A stretch of DNA of 35,615 bases from assembly GCA_964501055.1 (NCBI GenBank), contig CAZCRP010000002.1:1-35615 (forward strand), written 5' to 3'. The stretch comes from an uncultured Acidimicrobiaceae bacterium (GTDB lineage: Bacteria; Actinomycetota; Acidimicrobiia; Spongiisociales; ZC4RG35). The notes beneath the pieces are model-generated. The model worked only from the letters and a program-made list of their open reading frames with translations, did not search any database and had not been told where the DNA came from. This document shows, piece after piece, positions 8,204-15,683 of the stretch. Both the position numbers and the translations under genes were made by a program. Numbering within the stretch: the first letter of the stretch is position 1; each line of letters begins with the position of its first letter.

Positions 8204-9082
8204 TCAGCAAAGACCGAGGAGTCGGGCCGCGTTCTCCTTGAGGATCGTCGTCCGGACGGAAGACTCCAGATCGATCTCAGCAAAGTCCTGAAGCCAGCGA
8301 TCCGGTGTGATGAGCGGGTAGTCGGAGCCGAAGAGGGTTTGCCTGCTGAGGCTCCTGCTCATGGCGGTCACGAGAGACGGTGGAAAGCGCTTGGGGCTCC
8401 ATCCTGAGAGATCGATCGATACCTGGGGCTTGTGCATGGCGATCGACAAGGCCTCGTCTTGCCAGGGAAAAGAAGGATGGGCCATGACGATCGACATGTG
8501 CGGAAAGTCGACGGCGACGTCGTCGATGGCCATCGGGTTCCCGTACTTGAGGCGAATACCTCCTCCACCCGGCAGCCCTGCGCCGATACCGCTGTGCCCG
8601 GTATGGAACAACGCAACGGCTCCGGCGTCTTCTATCAGCTCGTACAGCGGGTAGGCGACACGGTCATTCGGGTTGAACATCTGGATGTTGGGATGAAACT
8701 TGAAGCCACGGACCGTGCCTTCTTCGAACAGTTCCTTCGCTTCGGCGACGCCTTCCTGCTCGCGCCGGGGGTCGATGCTGGCGAAGGGAATCAGAACGTC
8801 CGAGTGCTCCTTGGCCTTCTCGATGACGAACGAGTTGGGGATGCGGGGCTGTCCAGTGGTCAGGGACGAGTCGACTGTGAATATCACTGCCAGGAGTCTT
8901 CGTTCCCGGTAGTAGGCCGCGATCTCGTCGACGGTCGGCAGCGTCGGGTCGCCCTTGAAGTAGCGCATGGCGGCCCGGCGCAGCTGCGGGCTGAGATGGT
9001 CTTCGCCTTCCGGTCCCAGCTCGACGTGGACGTGGAAATCGATGGCGACCACTTCGTCGATTCTTGGCGTTTCCGCTGTCAC
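8204..9082 (-). CDS. Amidohydrolase-2 family metal-dependent hydrolase (TIM barrel)
   Basis: N-terminal metal motif IDFHVHVE, a later HTGHSG, and AHPSFPWQDE. GTG start, 292 aa. Confidence 0.8.
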   Translation of the reverse strand: MTAETPRIDEVVAIDFHVHVELGPEGEDHLSPQLRRAAMRYFKGDPTLPTVDEIAAYYRERRLLAVIFTVDSSLTTGQPRIPNSFVIEKAKEHSDVLIPFASIDPRREQEGVAEAKELFEEGTVRGFKFHPNIQMFNPNDRVAYPLYELIEDAGAVALFHTGHSGIGAGLPGGGGIRLKYGNPMAIDDVAVDFPHMSIVMAHPSFPWQDEALSIAMHKPQVSIDLSGWSPKRFPPSLVTAMSRSLSRQTLFGSDYPLITPDRWLQDFAEIDLESSVRTTILKENAARLLGLC

Positions 9083-9084
9083 AG

Positions 9085-9101
9085 TATCAAGCTACCTGAT
9101 A
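9085..9101. promoter_or_regulatory. Candidate operator copy 2: TATCAAGCTACCTGATA
   Basis: This is the exact reverse complement of 6300..6316. It lies 2 nt upstream of the amidohydrolase GTG (9082, minus strand) and 32 nt upstream of the ligase ATG (9134). Confidence 0.6.
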
Positions 9102-9133
9102 TATTTGGCATCCGCTAGCGAGCTCGGAGCCAG

Positions 9134-10753
9134 ATGCACATGAGGGGCCTCATGCAGGACGTCCCGCTCTCGATCCCGATGATCCTGCAGCGCGCGGCCA
9201 CCCTGGGGCAATCCATGAAGGTGGTGTCGGCCACCCCGGCGGGCGTCGACCGCAGAACCTGGGCTGACATCACAGACCGCGCTCTCCGCCTCGCGGCCGC
9301 GCTCGACACGCTCGGCGTACCTCGGGGTGCATCGGTGGGCAGTTTCGCCTGGAACAGTCACCGTCATCTCGAGCTCTACTACGGAGTTCCCTGCGCTGGT
9401 CGCGTCCTTCACACCATCAACGTCCGGCTCCTCCCTGACGTCGTCTCGTATGTAGTCGGTCATGCCGACGACGAGGTGATCTTCGTCGACGGCTCGTTGA
9501 CCTCGGTGCTCGCGCCCCTTCGCGGTCGTCTCGACATCAAGACCTTCGTGGTGATGGAGGACGGTGGCGAGGTCGATCCCGCATTCGACTCCGATCCCGG
9601 ATACGAGGAACTCATCGGGAGCGAGAGCCCTGCCGAGCCGGCAGCGATCGACGAGCAGGATGCCGCCTCGATCTGCTTCACCAGCGGGACCACCGGTCGA
9701 CCCAAGGCCGTCGTGTACTCCCACAGATCGGTTGTCCTCCACTCGATGGGAGAGCTCATGGTGGACGGACATGCCGTCAGACGTGGCGATGTCATCTTGC
9801 CCTTGACCCCGATGTTCCACGTCAACTGCTGGGGCCTGCCCTATACAGCGGGTCTGGCTCCCGCGTCTCTCGTATTCGCCGGGGCTGACACCAGCCCCAC
9901 GGCGACGGCCTCATTGATCCAGTCGGAGCGACCCACCGTCTTGGCAGGGATCCCCACCTTCTGGGTGCAGATGGACTCGGTATTCGCCTCCGGCGACTTC
10001 GACCTCTCTTCGGTCGAGCGCATCCTGTGTGGTGGGGCCGAGGCAGCTCCCACACTCATCGAGCGTTACACCGACAGGGGTATCGACTTCTTCCATGGCT
10101 GGGGCATGACCGAGATGTCGCCGAGCGGGACGGGAAATTGGATCCGAGCGCACACCGACGACGTCGAGCACGGTGCCAAGCAAGGGGTTCCTGCACCCAC
10201 CGTGGAGATGCGCATCGTGTCGGACGACGGGTCCGTCCTCCCCTGGGACGGTGAGACCGTCGGTGAGATCCAGGTGAGAGGGCCCTGGATCGCCGCTGCC
10301 TACTTGATCCCCGAGGACGATGCGAACGAGGAGCGCTTCGTCGACGGGTGGCTTCGCACCGGTGACATCGGTCGCGTCTCCCCGGACGGGACGCTCGAGA
10401 TTGTGGACCGGACAAAAGACCTCATCAAGTCCGGTGGCGAGTGGATCAGCTCTGTCGAGCTGGAGCGCCATCTCGCGGCGCATCCTGCCGTGGTCGAGGC
10501 GGCGGTGGTCGCCATGCCCGATGCGCGGTGGGGGGAACGCCCCGTGGCCCTCGTGGTGCTCAGGCGTGGTACCGATGCCAGCGCGAACGACCTCGTCCAG
10601 TTTCTCTCCTCGAAGTTGGCCTCCTGGCAGGTCCCCGACCACATCGAGTTCGTCGCGAATCTCCCCAAGACCGGCGTTGGGAAGATCGACAAACGCCGTC
10701 TCCGAGACGAGGTGGTGCCCCGTCTTGTTGCAGAGATCGAATCGTCCACATGA
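9134..10753 (+). CDS. AMP-dependent acyl-CoA synthetase/ligase (FadD-like)
   Basis: AMP-binding motif FTSGTTGRPKAVVYSH, then WLRTGDIG and DRTKDLIKSGGEWIS. 539 aa. Confidence 0.85.
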   Translation: MHMRGLMQDVPLSIPMILQRAATLGQSMKVVSATPAGVDRRTWADITDRALRLAAALDTLGVPRGASVGSFAWNSHRHLELYYGVPCAGRVLHTINVRLLPDVVSYVVGHADDEVIFVDGSLTSVLAPLRGRLDIKTFVVMEDGGEVDPAFDSDPGYEELIGSESPAEPAAIDEQDAASICFTSGTTGRPKAVVYSHRSVVLHSMGELMVDGHAVRRGDVILPLTPMFHVNCWGLPYTAGLAPASLVFAGADTSPTATASLIQSERPTVLAGIPTFWVQMDSVFASGDFDLSSVERILCGGAEAAPTLIERYTDRGIDFFHGWGMTEMSPSGTGNWIRAHTDDVEHGAKQGVPAPTVEMRIVSDDGSVLPWDGETVGEIQVRGPWIAAAYLIPEDDANEERFVDGWLRTGDIGRVSPDGTLEIVDRTKDLIKSGGEWISSVELERHLAAHPAVVEAAVVAMPDARWGERPVALVVLRRGTDASANDLVQFLSSKLASWQVPDHIEFVANLPKTGVGKIDKRRLRDEVVPRLVAEIESST

Positions 10754-10796
10754 GCCGCAGCCTGGTCGCCTCGCGCAATCCATCCGAGTTGACACG

Positions 10797-11525
10797 ATGC
10801 TCGAGCTCGTAGACGTCGACAAGAACTTTGGTGGGCTCCGAGCTCTAGACGGGTTGTCGTTCAAGGTGGAAGCCGGAGAGATCCTCGGGATGATCGGTCC
10901 CAACGGGTCAGGGAAGTCCACCGCCTTCAACGTGATCACCGGCACACTGCGCTGCGACGCAGGGAAGGTGATCTTCAGTGGGGAGGACATCACGGGTCTG
11001 CGACCTCACCGGATCTCTCACAAGGGGATCGCCAGGACGTTCCAGGTGGTCAGGCCCTTTCCACTGCTCAGCGCCTTGGAGAATGTGTTGGTCGGCGGGC
11101 TCTTCGGAGGTAGCGGTTCCCGGCGGAGCGACGACGCCATCGACAGGGCCATGGAGGTCTTGGATCGTGTCGGGCTCGCTCACAAGGCCGGGGTGAGAGC
11201 GGAGTCGTTCACCATCATGGAGAGGAAATGGCTGGAGGTGGGCAGGGCTCTCGCCGGCCGGCCAAAGCTGATACTGCTCGACGAGTTCATGGCCGGGATC
11301 ACCACCAAGGAGATCCCCGACGCCGTCGACCTCGTGAAGTCGATAAACGCCTCGGGCGTCACCGTGATCCTGGTCGAGCACATCGTCAAGGCCATCACCG
11401 ACGCCTGTCATCGGGTGGTGGTTCTCGATGCCGGGCGGAAGCTGGCCGAAGGGTCGGTCGCCGACGTAGTCGCCGACCCTGCCGTGATCGAGGCCTACTT
11501 GGGGACCCGCCATGCTGACCGTTGA
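10797..11525 (+). CDS. ABC transporter ATP-binding protein, LivG-like (HAAT family)
   Basis: MLELVDVDKNFGGLRAL, Walker A GPNGSGKST and Walker B LILLDE. The ORF from 10320 is an upstream extension overlapping the ligase. Confidence 0.85.
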   Translation: MLELVDVDKNFGGLRALDGLSFKVEAGEILGMIGPNGSGKSTAFNVITGTLRCDAGKVIFSGEDITGLRPHRISHKGIARTFQVVRPFPLLSALENVLVGGLFGGSGSRRSDDAIDRAMEVLDRVGLAHKAGVRAESFTIMERKWLEVGRALAGRPKLILLDEFMAGITTKEIPDAVDLVKSINASGVTVILVEHIVKAITDACHRVVVLDAGRKLAEGSVADVVADPAVIEAYLGTRHADR

Positions 11526-12216
11526 GAACCTCGAGGTGGCCCATGGCGATCTGCAGGTGGTGTGGGGCATCTCCTTCGAGGTGCCCCAGGACTCGATCGT
11601 GGCCGTCCTCGGGCACAACGGGGCCGGCAAGACCACCACCCTCCAGGCGCTGATGGGGCTGCTCCCCGCCCGGAACGGAGCCGTCACGTTCGAGGGTGCT
11701 CCGCTGCTCGGAGTCCGCACTCACGAACTGGTTGAGCGGGGCATCGTGATGATCCCCGAGGAGAGAGCCACCTTCAACTCTCTCACCGTGGAGGAGAACC
11801 TGGAGATCGGCGCCTACGCACGCCGGGCCCGCACCTCCGCCAAGGACACCAAGGCTGAAGTATTCGAGATCTTCCCTGTGTTGGCCGAACGGAGGTCGCA
11901 AGGAGGGGGCACCCTCAGCGGGGGAGAACGGCAGATGCTGGCCATCGGCAAGGCCCTGATGGCCAAGCCCCGGCTCCTCATCCTCGACGAGCCGTCGCTG
12001 GGCCTTGCTCCCATCATTGTCGAGAACATCTTCCAGGTGATCTCGAGGGTCCGGGAGAGGGGCGTGTCGGTGCTGATGGTGGAACAGCACGTCGAGATGA
12101 CTCTGGAGATAGCCGACCACGCCTACATCATGGAGATGGGCAGGATCGTCGCCGACGGACCTGGTTCCCAGCTGGCCACCGATCCGAGAGTCCGAGAGGC
12201 ATACCTCAGCCTATGA
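11512..12216 (+). CDS. ABC transporter ATP-binding protein, LivF-like
   Basis: Walker A GHNGAGKTT, signature LSGGERQ and Walker B LLILDEPS. It overlaps the preceding gene. Confidence 0.85.
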   Translation: MLTVENLEVAHGDLQVVWGISFEVPQDSIVAVLGHNGAGKTTTLQALMGLLPARNGAVTFEGAPLLGVRTHELVERGIVMIPEERATFNSLTVEENLEIGAYARRARTSAKDTKAEVFEIFPVLAERRSQGGGTLSGGERQMLAIGKALMAKPRLLILDEPSLGLAPIIVENIFQVISRVRERGVSVLMVEQHVEMTLEIADHAYIMEMGRIVADGPGSQLATDPRVREAYLSL

Positions 12217-13094
12217 CCAGGCTGCTGCTGCAGAGCGCCGTCTCCGGGCTCCTCGTCGGAGGCATGTACGGGCTGGTGGCCCTCGGGCTGGCACTCGCCT
12301 TCGGGGTCCTGAAGGTCTTGAACGTCGCCCATGGCGAGCTGCTGATGCTCGGGGGCTACGCCGCCATTGTCGGTTTCACCGTCTGGGGCCTCGACCCCAT
12401 CGCCTCCCTCCCTCTCGTCTTCATCGTCATGTTCGTCTTCGGCGCGGTCCTCTACGTCACCCTCTTCCACCACGTCACCAGGTTGGCCATCGGGCCCCGA
12501 ATCAAGAACTCGCTCCTCATCTCGTTCGGGCTGGTCCTGGTGCTCCAAGTACTGGCGATCCGGCTCTTCACAGGCGACGAACGGATCATCTCCACCACCT
12601 ACTCCTCCGCAGCCATAACCATCGGAGTGATCAGGGTCCCGGTCGTGAGGTTGACGGGCCTGCTGGTGGCCATCGCCGCCGCCCTCATCCTCGAGTGGCT
12701 GCTCGCTCGCACCCGCTTCGGGGCGGCTCTACGCGCCACCTCCGAGGATTGGGCGCGAGCCTCGCTCACGGGAGTGAACGTAGGCCGGATCTACCTGATC
12801 GCCTTCGCCGTCTCGGCCGGTTTGGCGGCAGTCGCGGGCTCGCTCATCAGCCTGGGGTACGCGGTGAGTCCCAGCATCGGCCTGGGATGGACGCTCAAGG
12901 CGCTGATCGTGGTGGTGCTGGCCGGGCTGGGGAGCATGAGGGGAATCATCGTGGCCGGCCTCTTCCTCGGCCTCACCGAGAGCCTGGCCGCGGTGTGGCT
13001 CGGCGGGCGGTACCGCGAGATCGCCGCCCTCGTGCTTTTCCTCGTCGTCCTCAGCGTGCGGCCGCAGGGCCTCTTCGGGAGGGCCCATGCCTAG
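12213..13094 (+). CDS. Branched-chain-type ABC permease, LivH-like
   Basis: Polytopic hydrophobic protein of 293 aa. ATGA overlap with the upstream ATPase gene. Confidence 0.85.
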   Translation: MTRLLLQSAVSGLLVGGMYGLVALGLALAFGVLKVLNVAHGELLMLGGYAAIVGFTVWGLDPIASLPLVFIVMFVFGAVLYVTLFHHVTRLAIGPRIKNSLLISFGLVLVLQVLAIRLFTGDERIISTTYSSAAITIGVIRVPVVRLTGLLVAIAAALILEWLLARTRFGAALRATSEDWARASLTGVNVGRIYLIAFAVSAGLAAVAGSLISLGYAVSPSIGLGWTLKALIVVVLAGLGSMRGIIVAGLFLGLTESLAAVWLGGRYREIAALVLFLVVLSVRPQGLFGRAHA

Positions 13095-14064
13095 GACATG
13101 GGGCTGGGTGCTGTGGGCGATAGTCGTCGTCGTCGCCGTGGCTACCGGCCTGCGGCCCACCAACCAGCACCTCCTGACCATCGCCGTCCAGACCATGATC
13201 TTGGCCGCCCTCGCCACCAGTTGGAACATCCTCGGGGGGTTCGCCGGCCAGATCAGCCTCGGCCATGCCGTATTCTTCGGTCTGGGAGCGCAGATCACCC
13301 GGGAGCTGTGGCTGAGTGGCTGGTCGTTGGCTGCTTCCACGGCAGTGGCGGTGGTGGTGACGGTGGCCGTGGCAGCTCTGGTGGGCGTGCCGCTGCTGCG
13401 GTTCCGCGACTTCTACTTCGCGATTGGCACGCTCGCCCTTGGCGTGGCCGCCTTTCTCACCATCGGCAACCTGAGGCCGGGAATCAGCTCCCTCCCCGCC
13501 GAGGCACTGCGCTCCTACAGCTTCACCGGGCCTTACTTCATGACCCTCGGCGTCTTGGTGGTGGCGGTGGCGGTGTCGATGTGGCTCAAGGGCGGCAAGT
13601 TGGGCCTGGGCATGATGGCGGTCCGCGACGATGAGGAGGCGGCCGGGGCAAGCGGGGTGAATCCGCTCACCCACAAGATGATCGCCTTCGTGGTCAGCGC
13701 CGCCCTGGCGGCACTCACAGGGGCCGCCTTCGCCTACTTCACCGCCAGCTACTACCCGAGCTTTCCCTTCAGCGTCCTGTGGACGTTCGAGGCCATTCTC
13801 GTCGTGTTCATCGGAGGCCTCGGCACCATCGCCGGTCCGCTGATCGGGTCCGTGTTCTTCGTGGTCGGTCGCGACCTCCTTCCCGCCGATATCGGCGGGC
13901 TCCACATTCTCATCTTCGGGGTCCTCTTCATCGTTGTCGTCCTCCTGCTTCCCGGCGGTCTGACGGAGGCGGCACAGCATCTCGCGGGGCGGGTGTGGCG
14001 CCGAGGAGCCCCACCCACCACCACTTGGGAAAGAACGCCAAGCAACGGAAAGGAGCTGGTATGA
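13087..14064 (+). CDS. Branched-chain-type ABC permease, LivM-like
   Basis: Polytopic membrane protein with the SWNILGGFAGQISLGHAVFFGLGA motif. It overlaps both neighbouring genes. Confidence 0.8.
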   Translation: MPRTWGWVLWAIVVVVAVATGLRPTNQHLLTIAVQTMILAALATSWNILGGFAGQISLGHAVFFGLGAQITRELWLSGWSLAASTAVAVVVTVAVAALVGVPLLRFRDFYFAIGTLALGVAAFLTIGNLRPGISSLPAEALRSYSFTGPYFMTLGVLVVAVAVSMWLKGGKLGLGMMAVRDDEEAAGASGVNPLTHKMIAFVVSAALAALTGAAFAYFTASYYPSFPFSVLWTFEAILVVFIGGLGTIAGPLIGSVFFVVGRDLLPADIGGLHILIFGVLFIVVVLLLPGGLTEAAQHLAGRVWRRGAPPTTTWERTPSNGKELV

Positions 14065-15335
14065 GACGGATAGCACACACGGCGGTTCTGGCTGCGGTGG
14101 CGATGGTTCTCGCTGCCTGCAACGGCGGCGCCACTACCACGGTGCCGGAGGAGACAACCACCAGCACGGCAGCCGAGACCACTACCACCACCATCACTAC
14201 CCCGGCGCCGGTGGAGGCGCCGGAGTCGATCAAGGTCGGTGCGGTTGTCCCCCTGACCGGTCCGTTCGCTGGAGGAGGGGCGCAGATCGAGCGCGGCTAC
14301 AACTACGCGGTCGATGCCATCAACGATGCGGGCGGCGTGTGGGTGGAGGAGTTCGGAGTCAACCTGCCTCTGGAGCTGGTCCTGCGTGACGACGCCTCCG
14401 ACCCGAACCAGACGGCCAGCATCGCCGAGCAGTTGGTCAATGAGGGCGTGGTGGCCCTTCTCGGAGGTTTCGCCACTCCAGTAGTCGCCGCCGGGATCGC
14501 CAGCGCCGAGAGAAGCGGGATCCCCTATCTGGCGGCAGCCACCTCCGTGCAGGGGCTACACGAACAGGGGTATCGCTACTTCTTCTCGCCCTTCCCCAAG
14601 TCACCAGACATGGCAACGTCGGTCTATGAGATGCTGAACACTCTCCTCCCGGAAGGGGAACGCCCGTTGCGGGTGGGCATCTTTCAGGAGGCCACCGACT
14701 GGGGTGAGGAACTGGGGCCGCTGTGGGCCGAGCAGGCCGCCAACTTCGGCTACGAGGTAGTGGTGCACGAGACGTATACGCCCGGATCGACAGACTTCAC
14801 CGACATCATCCTGAGGGCCCAGGCCGCCGACGTGCAGGCCCTCTTCAGCCTCCCCACTCCCCCCGACGGGTTCGCCATCTACCAGCAGATGGGCGAGCTT
14901 GGCTTCAAGCCTGCCTTTAACCTGGTGGTGCGGGCCGCCGACGTGCCCACGTGGAATGACCTCGGCCAGGCGGGAGACGGTGTCGTCCTGTCCACTCCTT
15001 GGCATCCCGGGCTCGGATATCCGGGAACCGATGAAGTGAACCAGCGGCACATCGACGAGGTCGGACGGCCCGCCGATCCGGTCGTGGGCAGCGCGTACGC
15101 CCTGGTCCAGATTCTGGCCGATGCCATCGAGCGTGCGGGAACCCTGGACCACGAGGCGGTGCGGGACGCCATTGCGGCGACGGACGGGTTGATGACCATC
15201 ATCGGCCCCATAACGTTCCGCGATGACGGGAGCGCCCCCGTTCCCAACCCGCTCATGCAGCGGATCGAGGGTTCCATCCGACTGATCTGGCCCGCTGACG
15301 CGGCCGCCGACGATCTGGTGTATCCGGCACCCTGA
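14061..15335 (+). CDS. Liv-type (Peripla_BP_6-like) substrate-binding lipoprotein
   Basis: SD AAAGGAG lies upstream of ATG 14061, which overlaps the permease stop (ATGA). The signal peptide has lipobox LAAC, followed by a Thr-rich linker and then IKVGAVVPLTGPFAGGGAQIERGYNYAV. The ORF from 13779 is an upstream extension. Confidence 0.85.
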   Translation: MRRIAHTAVLAAVAMVLAACNGGATTTVPEETTTSTAAETTTTTITTPAPVEAPESIKVGAVVPLTGPFAGGGAQIERGYNYAVDAINDAGGVWVEEFGVNLPLELVLRDDASDPNQTASIAEQLVNEGVVALLGGFATPVVAAGIASAERSGIPYLAAATSVQGLHEQGYRYFFSPFPKSPDMATSVYEMLNTLLPEGERPLRVGIFQEATDWGEELGPLWAEQAANFGYEVVVHETYTPGSTDFTDIILRAQAADVQALFSLPTPPDGFAIYQQMGELGFKPAFNLVVRAADVPTWNDLGQAGDGVVLSTPWHPGLGYPGTDEVNQRHIDEVGRPADPVVGSAYALVQILADAIERAGTLDHEAVRDAIAATDGLMTIIGPITFRDDGSAPVPNPLMQRIEGSIRLIWPADAAADDLVYPAP

Positions 15336-15342
15336 AATGCCC

Positions 15343-15379
15343 GACAGGCCTGGCCTTGGGCGCCAAGGCCAGGCCTGTC
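15343..15379. terminator. Perfect 17-bp hairpin between convergent genes (bidirectional terminator candidate)
   Basis: GACAGGCCTGGCCTTGG-GCG-CCAAGGCCAGGCCTGTC, starting 8 nt after the substrate-binding protein stop. Confidence 0.6.
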
Positions 15380-15683
15380 ATGAGCAGTGGAAGAAGGAGC
15401 CCAGGGTCTTGGTTGCGACCCTATCGCCGAACCCGTCGAGGCTTCCCGGCAATCGGTGACCTCGAGGCTGGAGCCACAGGTCTCCAACCCAACGTGTCCT
15501 AGCAGCTGCAGCAGCAATCGCTGTCTCGGTCGGCGGGTCCACGTCACCGCTCGTGTGACTTCCGAGCCGCCGAGCGCCGGTCGTCAAGTAGACCTCTCCG
15601 TCCTGCTCGTGGGACTTCGACTCGCTGTCATCGTGCTGTTCTGTGACTACGACGACGAGGTCCGGACCGACGTCGCCGGTTGG

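Noticed and set aside
9911-10993. Long antisense or out-of-frame ORFs across the window, for example 9911..10993(-), 10908..11720(-), 13051..14076(-), 19074..20582(-), 20636..21568(-), 27326..28432(-), 30850..32082(+) and 34032..35102(-).
   Set aside because: Their products are Arg/Pro/Gly/His-rich with no recognisable motifs. Each lies opposite, or out of frame with, a gene that has clear family signatures. Such shadow ORFs are expected in high-GC DNA, where stop codons are rare.
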